A DNA stretch of 64,000 nucleotides from a virus. The notes beneath the pieces were generated by a model. It saw nothing but the letters and a program-made list of their open reading frames with translations, was not told where the DNA came from and made no database searches. Shown piece after piece: positions 56,529 through 64,000 of this stretch. The number at the start of each line of letters is the position of its first letter. The first letter of the stretch is position 1. A program made the translations under genes and the position numbers. The DNA lies in IMG/VR virus record IMGVR_UViG_3300042314_000343, positions 1 through 64,000 of that record, one strand, 5' to 3'.

Positions 56529-56906
56529 ATGAAACCACAAAAACCACGCATGCCTGGTCAAATAGGCGACACAAAGATAAGAGTTATCGAAGAAAACTTT
56601 TCAAATTTTGGAACTTACGTTTGGGTTAAGCCAAATGGAAAGCCATTCATGGATTCCGACAAGAATGTTTTGTCCATTGAAGGCATGAGGGATGACAAGT
56701 CAAAGATTAGAGAGCTTGCAGACGCTGCAAAGTACTGGGGACAGCCAGATGGTCGTGCCGTATTCTACCCAAACATGAAGAAGATCTCCGATGAAGAGCA
56801 CTCCGAGCAGGTAGACAGAATGAGCCAGGGATTAATTCCAAGCCTGAATGACCTTGGTGCTGTCATGGCAGCAAAGAAAACACTAGAACTTTATGGAGAT
56901 GAGTAG
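56529..56906 (+). CDS. Hypothetical protein upstream of portal
   Basis: Leaderless MKPQK after TGGTATACT. Confidence 0.75.
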   Translation: MKPQKPRMPGQIGDTKIRVIEENFSNFGTYVWVKPNGKPFMDSDKNVLSIEGMRDDKSKIRELADAAKYWGQPDGRAVFYPNMKKISDEEHSEQVDRMSQGLIPSLNDLGAVMAAKKTLELYGDE

Positions 56907-56907
56907 T

Positions 56908-58551
56908 ATGTCAGAAGAATACATTAGAGAAATTAGCCTAGACAGCGTACAAGAAAACCAGGACCAATTTAAGGATCACGACCCGTTTACAAAATCCTGG
57001 AATAGCCTAAAAGATTTCTCTGGAATTGAAAAGAACTTTAAGCGTCGCACAGACAGAATTGAGAAGGCAAATAACGACTCTCTAGTAGACTCAACTCTAC
57101 AGTACAACAATGTAAACGTAATGTCGCTTGAGTACCAGGACAGTGCCCTAGCAATTAATTCTGGAAAAGACGGGGCATACTCAAAAGAGATTAACCCTGG
57201 CAAGGTATATCGCAACGGATATGGACTATTTGACGTAATCACTCCACCATGGAACCTATATGAGCTAGCTAACTACTACGACACATCGTTCGCTAATCAC
57301 GCTGCTATTGATGCTAAGGTAGAGAACATCGTTGGCCTAGGGTATGATCTCCAGGCAACAGAGAGAGTTCTCATGGCACTTGAGGCATCTGATAATGATA
57401 GTGCAGTAGATAAGGCAAGAAAAAGAGTTGAAAGAGCCAAGGTAGAGGTTAAGGAATGGTTTGAGTCTTTAAATATGGACGAGTCTATGACATCTACTTT
57501 CATGAAGGTGTGGACCGACTACGAGTCTACTGGGAATGGATACTTGGAAATCGGAAGAACAGTTGCTGGCGAGATTGGCTACGTCGGTCACATTCCAGCA
57601 ACCACCATGAGGGCACGTCGACTACGTGACGGCTACGTTCAGATTATTGGAAACAAGGTTGTGTACTTCCGCAACTTTGGTGCAAGAAATGTAAATCCAA
57701 TTACAGACGACCCTAGACCAAACGAGATTATTCACATTAAGCAGTACTCTCCGCTAAACTCCTTCTACGGAGTTCCAGACATTCTTTCCGCAGTTGGTGC
57801 CTTGCAGGGCGACGCCCTGGCTTCACAGTATAATATTGATTACTTTACCAATAAGGGTGTTCCAAGATATATTGTTACCCTAAAGGGTGCAAAGCTATCT
57901 GAGGATGCAGAAGATAAGATGTTTAGATTCCTGCAGACAAGCCTAAAGGGGCAAAATCACAGGACACTATACATTCCTCTACCAGGAGACTCTGACACAA
58001 ACAAGGTAGAGTTCAAGATGGAAGCGGTGGAGACTGGAACTCAGGAGGCATCGTTTAACGAGTACCGCATTCGTAATCGTGATGACATCTTGGTGGCACA
58101 CCAGGTACCACTTTCAAAGATTGGTGGTGGAGATTCTGCTGCAATCGCTGCAGCACTTGCACAGGACCGTACCTTCAAGGAGCAGGTGGCTAGACCAGCA
58201 CAAAGAAACTTTGAAAAGGTTATTAACAAGATCATTAAGGAAAAGACTGATATTGTAGAGCTAAAGTTTAAAGAACTTACCCTAACAGATGAAATTGCTC
58301 AGTCTCAGATCATTGAACGCTATGTTCGAAACCAGGTAATGACTAGGAACGAAGCAAGAGAAGCACTAAACCTACCACAGCTAGAAGAGGCAGACAGCTT
58401 TCTTGAGATGACTGCAAGGTCAGCTGCAGACGCAAGTGCTAATACTAGACAGACTCGTGAGCGAGATTCAGAGAGAAGTTCAAACTCCTCAGATAGCTCG
58501 GCTACAGTTGCTGGAAGAAACCCACAAGGTGAAGGTCGCTCAGTTCAATAA
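56908..58551 (+). CDS. Portal protein
   Basis: GNGYLEI, EIIHIK...FYGVP, YFTNKGVP, HQVP, MTRNEAR; synteny with protease and capsid. Confidence 0.92.
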   Translation: MSEEYIREISLDSVQENQDQFKDHDPFTKSWNSLKDFSGIEKNFKRRTDRIEKANNDSLVDSTLQYNNVNVMSLEYQDSALAINSGKDGAYSKEINPGKVYRNGYGLFDVITPPWNLYELANYYDTSFANHAAIDAKVENIVGLGYDLQATERVLMALEASDNDSAVDKARKRVERAKVEVKEWFESLNMDESMTSTFMKVWTDYESTGNGYLEIGRTVAGEIGYVGHIPATTMRARRLRDGYVQIIGNKVVYFRNFGARNVNPITDDPRPNEIIHIKQYSPLNSFYGVPDILSAVGALQGDALASQYNIDYFTNKGVPRYIVTLKGAKLSEDAEDKMFRFLQTSLKGQNHRTLYIPLPGDSDTNKVEFKMEAVETGTQEASFNEYRIRNRDDILVAHQVPLSKIGGGDSAAIAAALAQDRTFKEQVARPAQRNFEKVINKIIKEKTDIVELKFKELTLTDEIAQSQIIERYVRNQVMTRNEAREALNLPQLEEADSFLEMTARSAADASANTRQTRERDSERSSNSSDSSATVAGRNPQGEGRSVQ

Positions 58552-58601
58552 TATGTTATAATTATGTAATAATATTGTAAAAGGGAACTATAATTAAAGT
58601 T

Positions 58602-59942
58602 ATGACTATTTCAAAAGTTCAGTGGGACACCGAGGGTGAGAATGTTCGCCTCTCTATGCCGTTTAGCAAGGTAGACAAGGAGCGAAGAATCGTCTCTGGT
58701 TTTGCTACCCTAGATAACGTTGATCGTCAAAAAGATATTGTAACTGCAGAAGCCTCTGTAAAGGCATTCTCAAAGTTCCGTGGCAACATCCGTGAGATGC
58801 ACCAGCCACTAGCCGTTGGGAAAATGGTATCGTTCAGAGAGGACAAATACTTTGACCCAGAGACAAAGAAGTTCTATTCTGGTGTCTATGTTTCTGCATA
58901 TGTTTCAAAGGGTGCACAGGATACTTGGGAAAAGGTCCTGGATGGCACCCTTTCTGGCTTCTCTATCGGTGGCCGTATGAACAAGTACGACGACGCTTAT
59001 GACGACACCACCAACTCACCAATTAGAATTATTAAGGAGTACGACCTGATGGAGCTATCCTTGGTTGACACTCCAGCAAACCAGTTTGCAAACATCCTGT
59101 CTGTTCAAAAGGTGGACGGTATTGACGTAGTAAAGGGTGACTCCCTAAACGTTGAGATTGAGAATGTATTCTGGGATCCAGAGTCTGGCGTAGTAAAGAT
59201 TTCTGAGAATGACACAGAGGTTAGCCCAACAACTGGCAACCCAATGCAAAATATAGGTTTCGTTGAAAAGAATGATAACGAAAAAACAAACATGATAAAG
59301 TTCTTAGTTGATAGTGCTAAAGGCATTAATACATCTAAGATTAACAAGGAGGTAAGTCCTATGACTGACACAACAAATGAGGTAGTTGAGACTCCTGCTC
59401 AAGAAGCAGTCGTTGAAGAAACTACAGTTGAAGAATCACAGGTCGCTCCAGAGGCAGATGCCCCAGTAGAAGAAGCAGCAGATGCAGCAGTTGAGGTAAC
59501 AGAAGTTACTGATGCTGACGCCGAAGAAGTTCTTGTAACCGAAGTAGCAGAAGAGTCAGAAGGCTCAGAAGAAAACCAGGTGACAGAAGAGTCGGATGCT
59601 GTGACTGAGGATGTATCTAAGTCAGACGAGGCTCTTGAGACTGCTGTTGCAGACATCAAGGACACCGTTACAAAAGCCTTTAGCGACCTAACTGCAGTTG
59701 TTCAGGCACAAGCCGAACAAATTGCAGAGCTACACAAGTCACTTGCCGCAGTAAAGAATGAGGTAACTGCAAGCAAGGACGTGTTTAATGAGTTTGGAAA
59801 GAGAGTGGATGCCGTAGAGGCCGACACAGCTTTCCGCAAGTCTGGCGATCTTGGCGAGATCGTACAGGAAACTGAACCAGAACAGGTTCAGAAATCCCTA
59901 TGGGGCGGACGTTTCCTCAAAACTGCCGATCTATTTAGATAA
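58602..59942 (+). CDS. HK97-type prohead protease with acidic scaffold extension
   Basis: GFATLDNVD, REMH, GFSIGG, ELSLVDTPAN; Glu-rich C-terminus. Confidence 0.9.
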   Translation: MTISKVQWDTEGENVRLSMPFSKVDKERRIVSGFATLDNVDRQKDIVTAEASVKAFSKFRGNIREMHQPLAVGKMVSFREDKYFDPETKKFYSGVYVSAYVSKGAQDTWEKVLDGTLSGFSIGGRMNKYDDAYDDTTNSPIRIIKEYDLMELSLVDTPANQFANILSVQKVDGIDVVKGDSLNVEIENVFWDPESGVVKISENDTEVSPTTGNPMQNIGFVEKNDNEKTNMIKFLVDSAKGINTSKINKEVSPMTDTTNEVVETPAQEAVVEETTVEESQVAPEADAPVEEAADAAVEVTEVTDADAEEVLVTEVAEESEGSEENQVTEESDAVTEDVSKSDEALETAVADIKDTVTKAFSDLTAVVQAQAEQIAELHKSLAAVKNEVTASKDVFNEFGKRVDAVEADTAFRKSGDLGEIVQETEPEQVQKSLWGGRFLKTADLFR

Positions 59943-59967
59943 AAAAATCACTTAGGAGGTGAACAAT

Positions 59968-61104
59968 ATGTCGGAAGATATTAAGAAGAATAACCCTGAT
60001 TCAGCAGGCAACGACTCTGGTCTATACAACGGAGAAGGAGCTTTCGCTTCAGGTTCAGATGCTGGTAACAATGTTCCAGGCAACTACGCAACTGGTGGTG
60101 CCATCGGCAACATTCCAACAGCACTAAACGGACTAACAACTGGTCCAAACGCAATCAACCCTTCTGGTGAGGCAGGTAGCGGTATCCTACGCCCAGAGCA
60201 AGCACGTCGTTTTATTGACTACGTGTGGGATGCCACAGTTCTCGCCAAGGATGGTCGTCGTGTGACCATGCGAGCAAACACCATGGAACTTGAAAAAGTT
60301 AACGTGGGAGAGCGTGTAATCCGTGCAGCTGCACAGGCAAATGGTGACTACACCAATGCTGGTGCATCCTTCACAAAGGTAGAGCTTACAACCAAGAAGA
60401 TTCGTCTAGACTGGGAAGTTTCTGCTGAAGCACTTGAAGACGGTATTGAGGGTGGTGCTCTAGAGGACCACCTAGTACGTCTAATGACAAATGCATTCGC
60501 AAATGACATTGAGGATCTAGCAATCAACGGTACTGGTGACAGTGGCGATGGTGCATTCCTCGGTATTATGGAAGGCTTTGTTAACAAGGTAACCACAAAT
60601 GGAGATGCCCACGAGTCAGTAGTAACAGTTGCTGACAACGCATGGACTCCAGACGTTATGCAGGACATCATCTTGGCTATGCCACGCAAGTACCGTGCAC
60701 TTAAGAACAACCTTAAGTTCTACGCTGGTACTGACGCATTCCAGGGAATCATCAAGCACAACGGTACCCTTGCTGACGCTATTGCAGAGGCATTCACTGG
60801 TGCAGCAGGTACACCTGCTAACCGCCAGGCTTACCTAGACGGTAACGGCCAGACATTCGGTGGTGCTCGCACTACCCGTGTTCTAGGTGTTGACGTGCAG
60901 GAAGTTCCTTACTACCCTGAAGGATATGTCGACTTGACATTCCCTCAGAACCGTATCTGGGGATTCCAGCGTGACATCACTGTAAACCGTGAGTACAAGC
61001 CAAAGAAGGACACCATTGAGTACACCGTATTCGTACGTTTCGGTATTCAGTGGGAGGAAGAGGACGCAGTCGCATTTGCTGATGCAGCAGGTTCGGACAG
61101 CTAA
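59968..61104 (+). CDS. Major capsid protein (HK97 fold)
   Basis: GILRPEQARRFID, EDLAINGTG; AGGAGG SD; position after protease. Confidence 0.92.
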   Translation: MSEDIKKNNPDSAGNDSGLYNGEGAFASGSDAGNNVPGNYATGGAIGNIPTALNGLTTGPNAINPSGEAGSGILRPEQARRFIDYVWDATVLAKDGRRVTMRANTMELEKVNVGERVIRAAAQANGDYTNAGASFTKVELTTKKIRLDWEVSAEALEDGIEGGALEDHLVRLMTNAFANDIEDLAINGTGDSGDGAFLGIMEGFVNKVTTNGDAHESVVTVADNAWTPDVMQDIILAMPRKYRALKNNLKFYAGTDAFQGIIKHNGTLADAIAEAFTGAAGTPANRQAYLDGNGQTFGGARTTRVLGVDVQEVPYYPEGYVDLTFPQNRIWGFQRDITVNREYKPKKDTIEYTVFVRFGIQWEEEDAVAFADAAGSDS

Positions 61105-61124
61105 TCTAGTTATCCTTTAAGCTG

Positions 61125-61163
61125 GAGGGGCTGGGCATTTTGCCTGGCCCCTCTTTCTTTTTT
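61125..61163 (+). terminator. Intrinsic terminator after capsid gene
   Basis: GAGGGGCTGGGCA-TTT-TGCCTGGCCCCTC followed by T-run. Confidence 0.85.
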
Positions 61164-61194
61164 ATATCTGATATAATTAACTTAGGAGGTCATT

Positions 61195-61641
61195 ATGTCA
61201 AATGAACTAAATAATGAGGAAAAGGTTACGCCACTAACTGCACGGTTGCAGGATGGAGAGCCAGTAATTCCAGAGCTTAGCGAAGAGTCGCAAGCGGTAG
61301 TAGAAGAGCTTGTTAGCAAATATTCTCAGATGGTAGATCAGTTAGAAGACGATGCCGAAGAGGTAGAGTCTATTGTTGAAGAAATCACAGAAGAGCCAGT
61401 AGTTGAGGAAGTCAAGGCTGCAAAGCCAGAGCCAAAGGCTGCGAAGCCAAAGGCAGCTAAGAAGAAGGATGACGAAAAGATTGTTGCAGTATTCTCCACA
61501 AAGAATGTAACATGGAATGGCGTAGGAAAAGTTTACAGAGGTTACAACATTGTGACCCAGGAAGAGGCAGACCTATGGGCAACAAGAAGCCACATCCGTA
61601 TTGCAACCCCAGAAGAGGTAGCAAAGGAATTCGGTCTATAA
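61195..61641 (+). CDS. Hypothetical head-associated protein
   Basis: Acidic/Lys linker, RIATPEEVAKEFG C-terminus. Confidence 0.75.
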   Translation: MSNELNNEEKVTPLTARLQDGEPVIPELSEESQAVVEELVSKYSQMVDQLEDDAEEVESIVEEITEEPVVEEVKAAKPEPKAAKPKAAKKKDDEKIVAVFSTKNVTWNGVGKVYRGYNIVTQEEADLWATRSHIRIATPEEVAKEFGL

Positions 61642-61642
61642 A

Positions 61643-62554
61643 ATGGAAATTTTGAGAGTCGCTGAGAACATCACATCAGATGGGGTAGAAGTAACAATCC
61701 AGGTCCCAGGTGACCACACAGAATCTGATCATGTTTTGTCTATTACAGACCTCAGCGACTTTTCTATTTTAGAGCAGGAAATTGTCACAGCTGGAGGAGA
61801 GTCGTTAACCTTCTACCTTGATAAAAACTTCGACAACTCATACGACGTAGAACTACTTCTTGACGGAGATGTAATATTCTCCGAAAGCTACGAGGTAGTA
61901 AGGCCATATCTTGATCCATATGCTGTTGCAGAAACGGCAACAGAGATAGCAGAAATAAGAAAACTAGAAAGACTTTCTAGGGCAATCATAGATTCATTTC
62001 TAGACAACATAGATTTTTATAACAAGAAGGCTATTTATGAGGTCACAGGAAACGGGCTTGACTTAATACCAGTGTGGAAGGACGTAAACAAGATCCTTAA
62101 GGTTTACGAAAACAATGAGCTTGTGTACGATGCAAATGCAGAAGAAAATGATTTTGTTTTTGCTATTACAAAAGATAAATCAGCCATCTACAGAGTCGTA
62201 TCTGGTGCCAACAACGTCATTGATGCCAGGGTACCTAGCCTGCCAGTATCTCCAACAGACTATGTAGACTTGTCGCTAACAAGATCAACATTTAGAAAAG
62301 GCAATGACTTTGCATTTGTTCTAGACATCGGATACAAAACTTTGCCATCTTCGGTTGTAGATGCCACAGAGATGCTGGTTGACGATCTAAAATGCGGAAG
62401 ACTAGACTATTTTCAAAGATATGTTACTTCATACAATACAGATCAGTACAGAATTCAGTTTGACAAGAGAGTCTTGGAAGGAACGGGAAACATCCTGGTA
62501 GACAAAATACTAGAAAAGTATAGAAAGTCTATTACAAGAGTTGGAGTTCTGTAA
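61643..62554 (+). CDS. Head-tail adaptor-like protein
   Basis: Position; GTGNILVDKILEKY C-terminus. Confidence 0.65.
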   Translation: MEILRVAENITSDGVEVTIQVPGDHTESDHVLSITDLSDFSILEQEIVTAGGESLTFYLDKNFDNSYDVELLLDGDVIFSESYEVVRPYLDPYAVAETATEIAEIRKLERLSRAIIDSFLDNIDFYNKKAIYEVTGNGLDLIPVWKDVNKILKVYENNELVYDANAEENDFVFAITKDKSAIYRVVSGANNVIDARVPSLPVSPTDYVDLSLTRSTFRKGNDFAFVLDIGYKTLPSSVVDATEMLVDDLKCGRLDYFQRYVTSYNTDQYRIQFDKRVLEGTGNILVDKILEKYRKSITRVGVL

Positions 62555-63003
62555 TGTCAAAATGCGAAACTACTGACTTTATATACCCACTACTTGCAGA
62601 TGTTTACTATCCGCTAGTAAAGCAAGACGCACTGGGTTCAATAAAAAAGCAGTGGGTTCTTGACAGAAGTGTTGCATGTAGCCTGGCACCTGCAGGGTCT
62701 GCAATGGCAGAAGACGTTAAGCCAAATGTAAACATTACAAGAGAGGTAATTCTAGTAGGAAGAGTACGCTCAGATATCAGGGTGGCAGCTACAGATTCAA
62801 ATAACGCAATAACCAATGTTCTGATAACCAACATTAGAGATAAGTCTGGTAACAGCATTTACAACGAAACTTCTGGTGTTAGAAACAATAAGACAACCCT
62901 TTTCGAGGTTGCTACAAATGAGCCAATTGTTGGCCCATTTGGTAAAACAGAATACTTTAAGCTTGTCCTAAAAAGATCGGAGAACCAGGCGGTAGATCTG
63001 TGA
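62554..63003 (+). CDS. Head-closure-like protein
   Basis: Synteny in neck module. Confidence 0.55.
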   Translation: MSKCETTDFIYPLLADVYYPLVKQDALGSIKKQWVLDRSVACSLAPAGSAMAEDVKPNVNITREVILVGRVRSDIRVAATDSNNAITNVLITNIRDKSGNSIYNETSGVRNNKTTLFEVATNEPIVGPFGKTEYFKLVLKRSENQAVDL

Positions 63004-63677
63004 GAGTTTTAATGAACTCTAAAAAGCTAAAAAAAGATTTAGATAATTTAATGAATTATTCTATAGGCTTTCTAGAGGGTGCTCACCGTGGTAAGCAGGT
63101 ATTCTTAAACTCAGTTGGAGCCCAGACCATAGAGGTATTAAAAGAATACATAGACTCAAGTGCAAGGGTAAACCCATCAGCCATGCACCATATCTATGAG
63201 TGGATGCAGACTGGAAGCCCAGACGCAAGACTATTTGATATATCTTATACGGTAAGCAATCTTGGCCTTTCTGTAAAATCAACCTTTAGGCAGTCGACAT
63301 CTCTCCAGGCAGGGTCAACTGTACCATTTTATGACAAGGCAAGAATTATGGAAGAGGGAATTCCAGTAAGAATTGAGCCGAGAAGGTCTAACGTCCTCGC
63401 CTTTACTGATGATGCTGGAGAGCAGGTCTTTACTAGTGCAGCAGTAAACGTTTCAAACCCTGGAGGCGATCAGGTACAGGGGTCGTTTGAAAGAACATTT
63501 GACTCATTTTTTAATCTATACTTTAAGCAATCATTCCTTAAGTCGTCTGGTATAATGGACTATCTGCAAAATCCAGTATTGTTTAAAAAGAACTTCGCTG
63601 CTGGAAGAGCTGGTGGAAAGCAAAAGGGCATATCTACTGGTTACAGGTGGATCGCTAACGCAGGACTAGGAGGATAA
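63000..63677 (+). CDS. Neck/tail-completion-like protein
   Basis: Synteny; HHIYEW, KARIMEEG. Confidence 0.55.
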   Translation: MRVLMNSKKLKKDLDNLMNYSIGFLEGAHRGKQVFLNSVGAQTIEVLKEYIDSSARVNPSAMHHIYEWMQTGSPDARLFDISYTVSNLGLSVKSTFRQSTSLQAGSTVPFYDKARIMEEGIPVRIEPRRSNVLAFTDDAGEQVFTSAAVNVSNPGGDQVQGSFERTFDSFFNLYFKQSFLKSSGIMDYLQNPVLFKKNFAAGRAGGKQKGISTGYRWIANAGLGG

Positions 63678-63678
63678 C

Positions 63679-64000
63679 GTGGCAAAGACATTTCCGCCCA
63701 TCTTTATCAATAAGTATCTTGCTGCAAAGATATCTCCAGCACTGCCAGAATACTTCTCTAACCCACTAAAATTCTTTCCTACTATGCCAACAGACATAGA
63801 GTCTCTTACAGAAACATTTCCTGAAGCAGCCAACGACGTATTTGCTGTATACGACAGAATGCTTAAGATGAGGAGAAAGGCTTTTCCGCACATCAAGAGT
63901 GAGCAGGTGCTGTACTACTTCTACAAGGTAGCTGGAGACATTTCAGGACTGTTGTACACCACACAGGCAGTTCAAGACTTACTAGACCGTGGCGACGAGT
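63679..64000 (+). CDS. Tail-terminator-like protein, 3'-truncated
   Basis: GTG start after GGAGG; open to window end. Confidence 0.5.
   Translation, partial: MAKTFPPIFINKYLAAKISPALPEYFSNPLKFFPTMPTDIESLTETFPEAANDVFAVYDRMLKMRRKAFPHIKSEQVLYYFYKVAGDISGLLYTTQAVQDLLDRGDE

Noticed and set aside
1-64000. Prophage boundary or host chromosomal DNA; alternative genetic code
   Set aside because: groES, thyX, whiB and tRNAs are in phage context, no integrase or att seen, and long genes read intact in code 11.

Overview
This is a 64-kb segment of a large, low-GC tailed phage (Caudoviricetes, HK97-type head) that probably infects Actinomycetota. The host inference rests on WhiB, AGAAAGGA ribosome-binding sites and many leaderless genes. 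It has three blocks. (1) 1-18.9 kb, mostly + strand: 8 tRNAs plus tRNA-like/structured RNAs, M23-LysM endolysin, WhiB, GroES, ThyX, nucleases and inverted glycosyltransferase/Stealth genes. (2) 19.8-33.6 kb, - strand: an early/host-takeover-like array of small genes, most with their own promoter. (3) 34.7-64 kb, + strand: tail-fibre/baseplate genes, a fibre-modification cluster, portal, prohead protease, major capsid and head-tail genes. The most unusual signal is non-coding and lies in block 2. At least 23 promoters have the geometry TGTCAG-N10-TAnnnT, matching the PafBC-dependent (RecA-NDp, -26 element) DNA-damage promoter rather than a -35/-10 promoter. Thirteen GGGCCC spacers punctuate the cassettes, several flanked by 11-bp-phased GTTAC repeats, GACAC boxes and a -35 with no -10. 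A GGG-N15-TCGTAA motif forms an array. Three covarying 27-nt pseudoknots are present, and three hairpins have loops exactly complementary to the phage's own early ribosome-binding sites. All family assignments are by eye from motifs; no searches were run.
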